Source: an uncultured delta proteobacterium
GTDB lineage: Bacteria > Desulfobacterota > Syntrophia > Syntrophales > UBA5619
Direction: 5' to 3'
Length of the DNA: 52,976 nt
NCBI GenBank assembly: GCA_963817385.1
Contig: CAWFOM010000022.1
Location: 1 to 52,976, forward strand
The position numbers and the translations under genes are program-made. Positions within the stretch are counted from its first letter, which is position 1. Each line of letters starts with the position of its first letter. Below the pieces are notes generated by a model. That model made no database searches. It saw nothing but the letters and a program-made list of their open reading frames with translations, and was not told where the DNA came from. This document shows positions 18,249-28,914 of this stretch, piece after piece.

Positions 18249-19094
18249 ATGGACACAGTCAGAAAAGACCTTCTTGAAATAGTCGAAAAGATGCCCGCCT
18301 TCCCGCGTAGCGTCCATCGGGTACTTGAGTTAACCTCCGACATCGATTCCGATCCCAAGGACTTGGTGGAGGTCATCGAGCACGACCCGATTCTGATCAT
18401 GAAGATACTCAAATTGGTAAACTCGCCCTACTTCGGCCTTTCTCAAAAGATCGCTTCCGTTAACCACGCCGTGATTTACATCGGAATCAACGCGGTCAAA
18501 AATCTGGCCTTAAGTATCGCGACCCTTGGCGTGCTTCCTCGCACGAATAATGCCGGATTTGACATGGAAGCGTTTCTTCTGCATTCGTTATCCACTGCCA
18601 TAATAGCGAGGATTTTCGCAAGGAAATTGAAGATTCAGGAACGGGAGGAATTCGACTTCTTTCTATCCGGGCTCTTACACGATTTCGGCAAAATCATTTT
18701 TGCCCACTTTATGCCCAACGACTTTAAGAAGGCACTGCAGATGGTAAAAAAGGAACGGCTGCCTCTTTATGAAGCGGAGCAGAAAATTTTCGACACCGAT
18801 CACACACAAATCGGTTCTTTGCTCAGCGAAAAATGGAATCTTCCCGCTCACCTGACCGCATGTATCAGGAATCACCATTGTCATGACCACGAAGAATCGC
18901 TGATAATAGACGCGGTCTCTGCCGCCGACCAGATAAGCAAGGAGCTTAAAATCGGATTTGCCGGCGAAAATATGATAGAAAAACTTCCTGATGTGATACT
19001 GGAGCGCTTCGGCAACAACGTGCAGGCTGTCATCAATTCTCTGGGCAACGTAACGGCAGAAACAGAAAAGGCATCGATATTCATCCATAAATAA
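18249..19094 (+). CDS. HDOD domain protein
   Basis: MPAFP, DPILIMKILKLVNSPYFG, HS..TA, GLLHDFGK, DH..IG..L..KWNLP, HH. Confidence 0.93.
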   Translation: MDTVRKDLLEIVEKMPAFPRSVHRVLELTSDIDSDPKDLVEVIEHDPILIMKILKLVNSPYFGLSQKIASVNHAVIYIGINAVKNLALSIATLGVLPRTNNAGFDMEAFLLHSLSTAIIARIFARKLKIQEREEFDFFLSGLLHDFGKIIFAHFMPNDFKKALQMVKKERLPLYEAEQKIFDTDHTQIGSLLSEKWNLPAHLTACIRNHHCHDHEESLIIDAVSAADQISKELKIGFAGENMIEKLPDVILERFGNNVQAVINSLGNVTAETEKASIFIHK

Positions 19095-19113
19095 ATGATT
19101 TTGGAGTTGCGGT

Positions 19114-19986
19114 TTGAAGATACGCTTCTGGGGTGTCCGTGGTTCGATACCTTCGCCGGGACGGGAAACCGTGAGATACGGCGGCAATACCACGTGTATT
19201 GAAGTCGAAACCGACGACGGACAGACGATCATTTTCGATGCGGGCACCGGTATCCATCAACTTGGACAAAGCTTGCTCAAGAAACTGCCATTCTCCTGTT
19301 CCCTATTTATCACGCATACCCACTGGGACCATATTCAGGGGCTTCCTTTTTTTATTCCCATTTTTATCCCCATGAACCAAATACGTATTTACGGCGCCTT
19401 TGATCCGGTCCTGCAGAGAGATATCGGCGATGTTCTGAGCCACCAGATGGAGTATTGCTACTTTCCTGTTCGTGAAGCAGAACTCAAAGCGGACATGCAA
19501 TATAGTTCTCTCACCGAAAGGCAAACGGTAGAAATAGGATCGGCGAGGATTACGAACATCTTCATGAATCATACGTTGCTCAATTTTGGCTACCGGATCG
19601 ATTGTAATGGAAAGAGCATCTTTTTCACCGGAGATAACGAGCGGTTGTATAATATTTACCGACCCGGGGACGATTACTATTCTGAATACGATAATCTCAT
19701 CTCCAGAAAAAACATCATGCTCGCTGATTTCATCCGGGGAGTAGATATCCTTATCGCCGACTCGGCGTATACCGAGCAGGAATATCCGGCAAAAAAGGGA
19801 TGGGGGCACGGAACGTACGATTCATGCATTGAGTTGGCAAAGAACGTCGGCGCCAAGTCACTCTATCTCACGCATCACGAGCCGCTCCGAAGTGACGACG
19901 AGCTTGATTGCATTCAACAACGGCTGAGCAGAGGAGAAGCATTCCCCGTATGTATAGCGTACGAGGGTCTTGAGATTACGTTATAA
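19114..19986 (+). CDS. MBL-fold metallo-hydrolase
   Basis: FWGVRGSIP, YGGNTTC, DAGTG, THTHWDHIQGLPFF, WGHG, THHEP; TTG start after GGAG. Confidence 0.92.
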   Translation: MKIRFWGVRGSIPSPGRETVRYGGNTTCIEVETDDGQTIIFDAGTGIHQLGQSLLKKLPFSCSLFITHTHWDHIQGLPFFIPIFIPMNQIRIYGAFDPVLQRDIGDVLSHQMEYCYFPVREAELKADMQYSSLTERQTVEIGSARITNIFMNHTLLNFGYRIDCNGKSIFFTGDNERLYNIYRPGDDYYSEYDNLISRKNIMLADFIRGVDILIADSAYTEQEYPAKKGWGHGTYDSCIELAKNVGAKSLYLTHHEPLRSDDELDCIQQRLSRGEAFPVCIAYEGLEITL

Positions 19987-20287
19987 TCTTGGTATCGGTA
20001 CTGAATGACACATTACGCCCGGATGGCAGATATCTAGCTTAACATGGCGTTTGTAGCAGAGTTAATCAATGCAGCTCATTCGCAACGGCTTGCCACCTTA
20101 AAGTGCCGGTTAAAATTGGTAATCATCAAGTTACTTCCAAACAAGAAGTCACTAACTCGTCGGCGTAGCCAGTGATCCTGCCGGTTTTGTGATTTTGAAA
20201 AATCATAAAAGCTACTTTCTTAAATAGCCCTCATGAGCATTTGATATACCTAATAGTGATGAATCTTAGGACGAGGCGGATCAAGGC

Positions 20288-20956
20288 ATGAAAGGAAAAT
20301 CAAAATCGATTTGGGGAGTGATCTGTATTTCTGTAATAGTTGCAGTGATTCTTGTCTTCTCATACCGCGAGGCAATACTGTTGGAAGCGGGCAGATTCAT
20401 GGCTCCCGAGGTCAGTCAAATAGAAGATGTCGTAGATATCGCCATCTTGGAGGGAACAGAATTTATCGGTAGAGGCGTAGTGTCCACGGGTATGCAGTTG
20501 CTTTCATCGGGCAAGGCGAGACACATGGTTATTATCCTGCATCGGATTTCGCCAAATCACCGCCCCTTTGCCGTTAATGAAGATTACCCTTCTTCAGTAA
20601 GGATGGAGTTGCAGAACCTCGGTTTGAAGGATTCGGCTTTCACAATAATTGTAACTCCTATTCGAAATCCGGTTACGCTGACGTCCGCAAAAGGTGCGTT
20701 ACAGATTCTCTCCAGGGACGGTGTTAAAAGCGCTATCCTTGTGTCACCCGGGTTCCATATGCGAAGAAGTTTCCTCGTATACCAGCATCTTTCAATACCG
20801 CTAAACATCAAGATATACCCGGTTGCCTGCTTTGACAGATATCAGGTCAGTAACTGGTGGAATGAAGATAACGGTGTTCGCGAGTTCTTCGAAGAAGTTC
20901 AAAAGCTCGCATTTTACATGGTCAGAGGGTATATTCCGCTGAAGTTCTCTTATTAG
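20288..20956 (+). CDS. YdcF/DUF218 (ElyC/SanA-like) family membrane-anchored protein
   Basis: N-terminal TM segment; T..SA, ILVSPGFHMRRS, WW...E..KL. Confidence 0.75.
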   Translation: MKGKSKSIWGVICISVIVAVILVFSYREAILLEAGRFMAPEVSQIEDVVDIAILEGTEFIGRGVVSTGMQLLSSGKARHMVIILHRISPNHRPFAVNEDYPSSVRMELQNLGLKDSAFTIIVTPIRNPVTLTSAKGALQILSRDGVKSAILVSPGFHMRRSFLVYQHLSIPLNIKIYPVACFDRYQVSNWWNEDNGVREFFEEVQKLAFYMVRGYIPLKFSY

Positions 20957-21064
20957 ATTAAATCAATGCCCGGCTCGCTCTCGTTCTCTTCGCGAAGTGT
21001 AATTTGAAGGTCATGATTTGGCTATAGACCGAACGGTGCGCCATCAATAATCACTGCGTAAACC

Positions 21065-21886
21065 TCATGCGGGGCCTCGATCCGATAACGCCGCCCGCCA
21101 GGCGTCGAGCAGATGCCCGATGTCGTCGAAGATGAAGTCGGTGCCCGCGGCCTCGGCCTCGGCCCGGTCGGACGCCCCCGAGAGGACGCAGATCGTCGTG
21201 AGCCCCGCTCGCTTTCCGCCTACGATGTCGGTCATCACGCGGTCGCCGACGGCCGCGGTCGTCTCGGGCCGGGCGCCCATCTGGGCCATGGCGAGCTCGT
21301 ACATGATCGGCTCGGGCTTTCCGACGCCGGTCGGTGCGACCCCGGAGGCGGCCGCGAGCATTGCCACCATCGCGCCGGTTCCCGGCAGGAAGCCCTCCTC
21401 CGAGGGGATGTTGGGATCGAGGTTGGTGGCGAGAAAGCGCGCCCCTCCCCGGAGGAGCCGGGAGGCGATCTTGATCTTCTCGAAGTTGACGTCGCGGTCC
21501 ACGCTCGCGACGACCACCTTCACGTCGCTGTCGGCGAGGACAAACCCCTCCTCCTCCAGGGCCTGGCGGAGCGCGGGCATCCCGAAGACGTGGACCCGCG
21601 TCCCCTGCGGGTAGTCGCGCCTGAGCAGGCGGGCCGCCGCCTGACCGGAGACGAGGATTTCGGCGGGTGAAACCTCGGCCCCCATCTCGGCCAGTTGCGC
21701 CGAACGCTCCTGCGGCGTCCGGGTCGCATTGTTCGTCACGAGCATGAAGGGGATGCGACGCTCCCTGAGGAAGGTAAAGAACTCCCCCAGGCGAGGGAGC
21801 GGCTCGTTCCCCCGGTAGAGCACTCCGTCCATGTCGAGGATCAGGTGGGTAATTTGGGCCAATGAATCCATTCTTTTTTTCTCCAA
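21065..21886 (-). CDS. HAD-IIA (NagD-like) phosphatase
   Basis: DMDGVLY, VTNN, ATNLD, GKPEP, VGDRVMTDI. Confidence 0.93.
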   Translation of the reverse strand: MEKKRMDSLAQITHLILDMDGVLYRGNEPLPRLGEFFTFLRERRIPFMLVTNNATRTPQERSAQLAEMGAEVSPAEILVSGQAAARLLRRDYPQGTRVHVFGMPALRQALEEEGFVLADSDVKVVVASVDRDVNFEKIKIASRLLRGGARFLATNLDPNIPSEEGFLPGTGAMVAMLAAASGVAPTGVGKPEPIMYELAMAQMGARPETTAAVGDRVMTDIVGGKRAGLTTICVLSGASDRAEAEAAGTDFIFDDIGHLLDAWRAALSDRGPA

Positions 21887-21983
21887 GGTTATCGTCGGCG
21901 CCGGTCACTGCCGCAGGATCGCCCGCGGCCGGGAGCGGTTGCCGACCTTGCCCGATGAGTCGGACCTGCCGATCCGTCCGCCC

Positions 21984-23018
21984 TCACGAGGTGAAGGCGG
22001 GGAGGAGGGTGTCGAGCCCCGGGAAAAGCGCCCGCTCCCCCCGCCAGTCGTAGGTCAGGATGTCGATGTTGAGCCGCTTGAGCTTTTCCCGGAGGGCGGT
22101 CTCCGGCGCCCGGGGGAGGATGAGGATGAGGAGCGGGTTGCCGGGGAGGCTCAGGCCGTTCAGGAGGAGCTGCGTCGCCCCCGCGTGGATGTCGGGGAGC
22201 GTCATCTCCGTCCGGATCTGAAAGACCGCCCGAATCCGGCCTTCCCGGTTCATGGCCATCAGATCCCGGTGCGCGTCATTCCCGGTCCTCAGGCCGCTTT
22301 CCTGGAGCGCGTCGGCCAGATCCCGGACGATCAGGCCGTGGTCGCATTCGGCCCCGGTCTCCCGCTCCTCGTCGCGGTAGCGGGCGCCGATCAAATCCTC
22401 GTGGATGGAAAACTCGTCGAAGGTAAGCTCCGCCTGGGAGGAGCGGGCGGCGGCCGACTCCTTGATCCGGGCGATCTTCCGGACGAACTGGGCGATCTGC
22501 CGGGCGAAGCGCGGGGAGTGGAGGACCCCGATCAGGGCGACCGGCGTCTCCTCGCCGCCGTCGTCCATCATCTCCCAGACGCCCCGGTAGCTGTTTTCGA
22601 AGAGGGATTTCCCGATCCCCTTTCTCCCGCCGCCGAGCTTTCCCCGGTGGACGACGAAGACCCGTCCGGCGCGGTCCTGGGCGAAGGCGCCGCCGGTCCG
22701 CCGGTCGATGCCGCAGAGGGGGAAATTGATCTCGCAGGTGATCGCGATGCCGGCGCCGCCCTCCGGCCGGCCGACGCCGAAGGCATTCCAGTAGCGGCTC
22801 CCGGCGATCTTCCGGGAGAAGCACCAGATGCCGAGCGTCTCCGACCAGGCGACCTTCGCCTTCTCGCTCGCCCCCGGATGGCCGAGCTTGACGGGGATCG
22901 TCTCCTCCGCCAGGGTTCTCAGAGCCTTGGCGAACTGCCGCTGGTGCCTTCGAATCGCCGCTTCGTCTTCAACGACTCTCAGCATGGTCTGCATTCCTTT
23001 CGACAAATCCTGCCACAA
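21984..23018 (-). CDS. Hypothetical protein with a C-terminal restriction-endonuclease-like (PD-(D/E)xK) region that looks degenerate
   Basis: 344-aa ORF continuing the operon; C-terminal HGLIV..L...RDL...FQIRT...GATQL pattern. Confidence 0.65.
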   Translation of the reverse strand: MWQDLSKGMQTMLRVVEDEAAIRRHQRQFAKALRTLAEETIPVKLGHPGASEKAKVAWSETLGIWCFSRKIAGSRYWNAFGVGRPEGGAGIAITCEINFPLCGIDRRTGGAFAQDRAGRVFVVHRGKLGGGRKGIGKSLFENSYRGVWEMMDDGGEETPVALIGVLHSPRFARQIAQFVRKIARIKESAAARSSQAELTFDEFSIHEDLIGARYRDEERETGAECDHGLIVRDLADALQESGLRTGNDAHRDLMAMNREGRIRAVFQIRTEMTLPDIHAGATQLLLNGLSLPGNPLLILILPRAPETALREKLKRLNIDILTYDWRGERALFPGLDTLLPAFTS

Positions 23019-23045
23019 CGAAAAACCAGATCTTCCCCTTACCTC

Positions 23046-24168
23046 CTAATCCAGCCGTTTCCGGAAACGCCCCACCGCCCCGGCGAAGACCGCCACGCCG
23101 AGGATGGTCAGGGCGGCGTACTGGGGCCAGAGGATGTGCAGCCCCACCCCCTTGAGGAAGATTCCGCGGATGATGACGAGAAAATAGCGCAACGGGTTGA
23201 GATATGTCAACCACTGAACGACGACGGGCATGTTCGCGATGGGAAAGACGAAGCCGGAGAGCATGAAGAAGGGGAGGATGAAGAAGAAGGTCGTCATCAT
23301 CGCCTGCTGCTGGGTCTTCGACACCGTCGAGATGAAGAGCCCGACGCCGAGGGTGCTCAGGAGAAAGAGACAGGTGGCGAGAAAGAGCTCCGGTATGCTC
23401 CCGGCCAGCGGGACCTCGAACCAGAAGAGGGCGAAGAGCATGACCATGACCATCTGGGCCGAGGGAAATAATCGTATAGGGGATGGTCTTGCCGATGATC
23501 AGCTCGATCGGCTTGAGCGGCGTCACGATGAGCTGCTCCATCGTCCCGTTCTCCCGCTCCTTGATGATGGCAATCGACGTCATCAGAAGCGAGATCAGCA
23601 TGACGACGAAGGCGACGATCCCCGGGACGAAGAAATTCTGGCTGTCGAGGTTCGGGTTGTACCAGGTCCGGATCCGGGCGTCGATCTTCCCGTATTTGAG
23701 GTCGCGGCCGTAGAGCTCCTTGATCAGCTCCGTGTTCAGGCGGTCGAGGACCATCACCGTGTAGGAGATCCGGACCGAGGCCATGTTGCTCATGCTGCCG
23801 TCGGCGAGGATCTGGACTTCGGCCGTCTGGCCGCGCCGGATGCGGCTGCTGAAGTCGGGGGGGATCTTGATTCCCAGGTCGACCTTCCCGGCGAGGAGGA
23901 GTTCTTCCATCTCGCGGGGGGAGCCCGGCAGGTGGGTGATCCGGAAGATCTTGCTCGCGATGAAGGCGTCGGTCATCAGGCGGCTCTCCCGTGTCCGTGC
24001 CTGGTCGATCAGGGCGACGCGGATGTCCTTGATGTCGTAGTTGACGACGTAGCCGAAGACGAGGAGCTGGATGAGCGGCGCGATGACCAGGATGGGGCGG
24101 CTCCTCTTGTCGCGGAAGAGCTGGATGAATTCCTTGCGGACCATTTCCCGGATGCGAAGCCAGCTCAT
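23046..24168 (-). CDS. ABC-2 permease (YbhR-like), frameshift near 23460
   Basis: KEFIQLFRD, WYNPNL, KERENGTMEQLIVTP; continues in ORF 23046-23453 (LSGFVFPIANMP). Confidence 0.9.
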
Positions 24169-24170
24169 CG

Positions 24171-25304
24171 TTAGAGCCCCTCCCGTTTCAGGACGATGAC
24201 GTTTAACAGGGCCAGGATCGCGAACATCCCCGTCAGGACCGCAAGATCGGGCCAGAGGGTGGCGAGCCCCAGGTTCCTCAGATAGATGCCGGAGAGGATG
24301 TCGATGTAGTAGGTTGCCGGAATGACGGCGGAGACGGCCTGGAGGAACTTCGGCATGTTGATGACCGGGAAGACGAAGTTCGACAGGAGCAGCGACGGCA
24401 GATAGGTGATCAGGACCGCCATCTGGTTTGCGACCATCTGGGATTTCGTGACCGACGAGATGAGGAGCCCCAGCGTCAGGGCGACCAGGAGATAGATCGA
24501 TGAGGCCAGGATCATGAGCCAGAAGCTGCTCTTCATGACGATGCCGAAGAGCACCTGCCCCATGAGGACGGCGATCAGGACGTCCGTCAGTCCGATCAGA
24601 AAATAGGGGATCGCCTTTCCCGCGAGCAATTCCCCGGCGCGGATGGGGAGCGAGCGGATCGTCTCCATCGTCCCGTTTTCGTATTCCCGGGCGATGACGA
24701 GCGAGGTGAGCATCGCCCCGACGATCATGATGATGATCGCGATGATCCCCGGAATGATGAAATTCCTGCTCTCCAGGTCCTCGTTGAACCAGACCCGGAT
24801 CCGCCCCTCCACGGGGGGGCGGATCTTCTCCATCCCCTGGCGGTTGAGAAACTCGCCGAGGAGCTTCCGGTTGTAGTTTTCGATGAAGCTCGTGATGTAC
24901 GCCCGGGCGATCCCGGCGAAGTTGGGGTCGCTCCCGTCCAGGATGATCTGGACGGTCGTCTCCCGGTCCGCCCTGAGATCGGCGGTCCAGCCGGTCGGGA
25001 TGATCACGGCCAGCGTCGCCCGGCCGTGGTCGAGCGCCTGCGTCACGGCCCCGGTGTCGGGGAGTTGGGCGGCGATCCGGAAGTAGGGCGAGGCGCCGAG
25101 GCGGCTGATGAAGTCGCGGCTCAGCTCCGTCTGCTCGGCATCGACGACGACCGTCTCGATATGCTCCACGTCGAGGCTGAGCGCATAGCCGAACAGGAGG
25201 ATGAGGAGCAGCGGGATCGCGAAGGCCAGGTAGAGGCTCCGGAAGTCCCGGATCAGGTGGTAGATCTCCTTGCCGGCGATCGCCCGGACATTCCGGAGAT
25301 TCAT
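24171..25304 (-). CDS. ABC-2 permease (YbhS-like)
   Basis: KEIYHLIRD, LLFGYALSLD, DGSDPN, AREYENGTME. Confidence 0.92.
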   Translation of the reverse strand: MNLRNVRAIAGKEIYHLIRDFRSLYLAFAIPLLLILLFGYALSLDVEHIETVVVDAEQTELSRDFISRLGASPYFRIAAQLPDTGAVTQALDHGRATLAVIIPTGWTADLRADRETTVQIILDGSDPNFAGIARAYITSFIENYNRKLLGEFLNRQGMEKIRPPVEGRIRVWFNEDLESRNFIIPGIIAIIIMIVGAMLTSLVIAREYENGTMETIRSLPIRAGELLAGKAIPYFLIGLTDVLIAVLMGQVLFGIVMKSSFWLMILASSIYLLVALTLGLLISSVTKSQMVANQMAVLITYLPSLLLSNFVFPVINMPKFLQAVSAVIPATYYIDILSGIYLRNLGLATLWPDLAVLTGMFAILALLNVIVLKREGL

Positions 25305-26079
25305 GCGGCCCCCCTACAGCTCTTCCCGGACATCAGGGCGACGAAGGCGTCGTTGAGATCCGCGTCGGGCTTTTCCGGACAGGCCGCGCGGATGATCTCC
25401 TCCCGGCTTCCCGCGGCGACGATCCTCCCCTCGTTGATCATCACGATCCGCCCGCAGTGGCGCGCCTCGTCCATGTAATGGGTCGTGACGAAGACGGTGA
25501 TCCCCTCGCGGGCGAGCTGCCCGATGAAGTCCCAGAAATGGCGCCGGGTGATCGGATCGACCCCCGAGGTCGGCTCGTCGAGAAAGAGGATCCGGGGCTG
25601 GTGGAGGAGCGCGCAGCCCAGGGCGAGGCGCTGGCGCCATCCCGGCGGGAGCTCGCGGGTCAGGCGGTTTCTGACCTCCTGAAGGCGGGTCATGTCGAGG
25701 ACCCACTCCCGGCGCTCCTCCCACTGCTCCTCCGGCACGCTGTAGACCCCGAGATAGAAGCGGAGGTTCTCCAGGGGGGTCAGATCCTCGTAGAGGGAGA
25801 ACTTCTGGGACATGTAGCCGATCGAGTGCTTGACCTCCTCCGCCTCGGTGACGATATCGTACCCGGCCACCTTCCCTCGCCCGACGTCGGGGTGAGGATC
25901 CCGCAGAGCATCCGGATCGTCGTCGATTTTCCCGAACCGTTGGAGCCGAGAAAGCCGAAGATCTCCCCCTGATGGACGGAAAAGCTGATCTTGTCGACGG
26001 CGGTAAAGGCCCCGAACCGTTTTTCGAGCCCGCTGACGACGATCGCTTCCGGGGTATTGTCAGAGTTTGAAGGTGTCAT
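25301..26079 (-). CDS. ABC ATP-binding protein (YbhF-like second NBD), frameshift near 25872
   Basis: GSNGSGKST in ORF 25780-26079; GYMSQKFSLY, LDEPTSGVD, TTHY in ORF 25301-25870. Confidence 0.9.
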
Positions 26080-26885
26080 GGGCCAACTCCCCGTCCGCCT
26101 CCTGGATGCGGTGGATGATCGCCTCCTCCAGATTCTCGAAACCGGCGCGGATCTCCGCGGGGGATGCCGTCGCCAGAAGCGCCGCCCGGTGCATCAGCCC
26201 CAGCCGGTCGCACCGCTCCCCCTCGTCGAGGTAGGCCGTCGAGACGAGGATGGTCATCCCCTTTGCGCGCATCTTCCCCAGGATCTCCCAGAACTCCTGA
26301 CGGGAAACGGGATCGACGCCGTTGGTCGGTTCGTCCAGGATCAGGAGCTTCGGCTCGTGGACGAGGACGCAGGCCAGCCCCAGCTTCTGCTTCATCCCGC
26401 CGGAGAGGTTTCCCGCCTGCCGGTCCGTGAAGGGGAGCAGGTTGGAGAAGCCCAGGTAGAGGGCCTTCCGCGCCTTTCTCTCCGTGCCGGTGATCCCGAA
26501 GATGTTCATGAAGAAATCGATGTTCTCCTCGACCGTCAGGTCCTGGTAGAGGCCGAAGCGCTGGGGCATGTAGCCGATCAGGGCCTTGACCTCCGCCTTG
26601 CGGGCGACCACATCCAGGCCGCCGATCGTGATCCGGCCCGCGGCGGGTTTGAGCATCGTCGCCGCCATCCTGCAGAAGCGTCGACTTCCCCGCCCCGTCG
26701 GAGCCGACGAGGCCGAAGATCGTTCCCCGCTCGACCGCGAGCGTGACGTCGCGGACCGCCTCCACGGCGCCGAACCGGCAGGAGACCCCATCGATCCGGA
26801 GATAGGGCTCTTCCCGGACCAAGGGACCTCCCACTCCGTCGCCCGCCTGGGGGGCTGAGGCGGCCGTCTTATCGTAACCAGGCAT
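26060..26885 (-). CDS. ABC ATP-binding protein (YbhF-like first NBD), frameshift near 26670
   Basis: GSDGAGKST in ORF 26076-26885; LSGGMKQKL and LDEPTNGVD in the frame ending at 26060. Confidence 0.88.
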
Positions 26886-28033
26886 CGGCGGGCATCCCTG
26901 ACTTGAGCTCGAAGGCGGGGTTGGGGATCGACACCTTGACGAGATAGACCAGCTTGACCCGCTCCTTCTTTGTCTGGATGATCTTCGGCGTGAACTCTCC
27001 CTCGGGGGAGATGAAGGTGACCGACCCCCGCGAAGGTCTTATCGGGGAAGGTGTCGACGCGGACCTCCGCCTTCTGGCCCGGCTTCACCTTGCCGATCTG
27101 GGTCTCGTCGACGAAGATCTTCAGATCGACCGTTGCGAGATCGGAAAGGGTCAGGACCTCGCGTCCCGGGGTGACCACTTCCCCCGGTTCGATGCTGCGG
27201 CTGGTGATGACGCCCGCCCGGGGCGCCTTCAGGCGCGCATAATCGAGTTGGATGGCCGTCTGGTCGAGGGCCGCCCGGGCCGCGGCGACGAGCGAGCGGG
27301 CCGCCTCCGCGTCTTTTCCGGCCGCTTCGATCCGGACGAGGTTGCTCTTGGCCTGCTTCAGGAGGGCCTCCCCCTCGGCGAGCCGCGCCTCGGCGGTGCG
27401 GATCGTCTCCGCCCGGCTTCCCTCCCGGGTGAGATCGTAGGCCTCCCGGCTCCGTTCGTACTCGCGCAGCGCCGTCTCGTAGCGGAGGCGGACGGCGTCC
27501 CGCTCCTTCTCCGATACGGTGCCTTTCTGGAAGAGGCTCTCGTAGCGCTCCGCGTTCTTCTTTGCATCCTCCATGACGGAGGCGGCGCTCTGCATCGCCT
27601 GGTTCGCCCGGGCGATCTCCTGTGTCCGGCTGCCCGCCTTGAGCTCGTCGACCTGCGAGGCCAGGGCGCGGACGCCCGCTTCGGCCCGCGCCTGCTCGGC
27701 GGGGAGGGTTTTCTCGGAGACCCTGAGCAGGGCCTCCGCCTGCTCCCGGTTCTTCAGGGATTTTTCGAGATTGGCCTTCGCCTGTTCGAGGCGCGAGCGG
27801 AATTCCGCCGGGTCCAACTCCGCCAGGAGCTGGTCCTTTGCGACGGCCTCTCCCTCCCTTACGGCGACGTTCAGAACGCGTCCGCCGGCCTGGAAGGCGA
27901 GATGGGACTGCGTGGCCTCGATGGTTCCGGAGTAGTAGAGTTCATCCTTTCCGACCTTCCGCTGCCCGTAGTAGACGAGAAGCCCCACACCGACAAGGAG
28001 GACAAAAAAAATGATCACGATTCGTTTTTTCAG
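26869..28033 (-). CDS. HlyD-family membrane fusion protein (YbhG-like), frameshift near 27025
   Basis: SGTIEA, long coiled coil, APRAGVI; shifted C-terminus VTFISPEGEFTPKIIQT...KSGMPADAWLR* (stop 26869-26871). Probable start CTG 28033, otherwise GTG 28018. Confidence 0.88.
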
Positions 28034-28121
28034 AGCAGCACCTCCTCGAGATATGATGAGTCGCTTATATCACTTTTCTCTCGAAAAGGTAAGGACCCCT
28101 TTTATTTGATAGCGGTTTCTC

Positions 28122-28150
28122 TTGACAGGCGTAATTATTTTCCTTAGACT
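28122..28150 (+). promoter_or_regulatory. Sigma70-type promoter for the toxin-antitoxin islet
   Basis: TTGACA-N17-TAGACT. Confidence 0.55.
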
Positions 28151-28292
28151 TTTCAAGGATAATCAAAGGCTTGACATGACAGGGGCCATGAAAGAGCAAG
28201 ACAGAAAGACCGTCCTGGAATTGAAGAGCCGGTTATCCGCCGATTTGCAGAAGCGTGTTTCCGCAGTTCCACAGAATTGCGAAGGAGAGGTT

Positions 28293-28511
28293 ATGAGAGT
28301 CGTAAAACGTAAAATAACGGATATGACGGTGGATGAACTTAAGGACGTCATCCATGAAGCGATTGCTGAAGATATGGAGGTTTGGCGGGAGACCTTCGAG
28401 ATCATGGCGGACAGCAAGCTGATGGGGCAGATCCGGCAGGCGGATCTAGACAGGGCAGCCGGCAAAAAAGGCGCCTTTGTCGCCTGGGATGATCTGAAAA
28501 AAAATGCATAA
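28293..28511 (+). CDS. Putative antitoxin
   Basis: GGAGAGG RBS; 72 aa with ETFEIMAD..LM.QIRQA..D...G..V.W-type C-terminus; overlaps the toxin start. Confidence 0.75.
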   Translation: MRVVKRKITDMTVDELKDVIHEAIAEDMEVWRETFEIMADSKLMGQIRQADLDRAAGKKGAFVAWDDLKKNA

Positions 28512-28765
28512 GATCATTCTTCATCGGAACGCCGTCAAATTCTACCGGAAGGCCGATGATGCCTTGAAGGAAAGAATAACGGACGCCGTTGATGCCATTG
28601 CCCGGAATCACTACCTGGACGGGCATATCAAGAAGTTGAAGGGGGACCTCAAGCACATGCATCGTTTCCGCAAGGGCGATCTACGTATCCTTTTACTGGA
28701 TCGATGATGCGCAAGAGATTGTGTGGATCAAAACCATCGAATGGAGAGGATCGGCATACAAATAA
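28504..28765 (+). CDS. RelE/ParE-family toxin; frameshift in a T run near 28692
   Basis: MHKIILHRNAVKFY...IKKLKGDLKHMHRFRKGDLRIL; removing one T gives YWIDDAQEIVWIKTIEWRGSAYK*, a typical RelE C-terminus. Confidence 0.85.
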
Positions 28766-28914
28766 AGGTTCATCCGCTTGGTGCATCCTTCCTGAAACTG
28801 TTAGGATGAATAAATTCGTTCTTGCGGTAGATTCTGAATGCAAATCGTGCTATTGACAGCATGAAAAAGGCATTTGAATAAGTTACCTCTGGTGCAATCA
28901 TTCTTTAGGAACAT

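Noticed and set aside
20184..20210. AT-rich inverted repeat TTTTGTGATTTTGAAAAATCATAAAA as a CRP/Rex/HcpR site
   Set aside because: Arm spacing does not fit those consensus sites, and such repeats arise easily in AT-rich DNA.
26060..28018. Apparent 652-aa HlyD-ABC ATPase fusion
   Set aside because: Produced by two frameshifts; a separate HlyD stop (26869) and the ATPase Walker A are recoverable in other frames.
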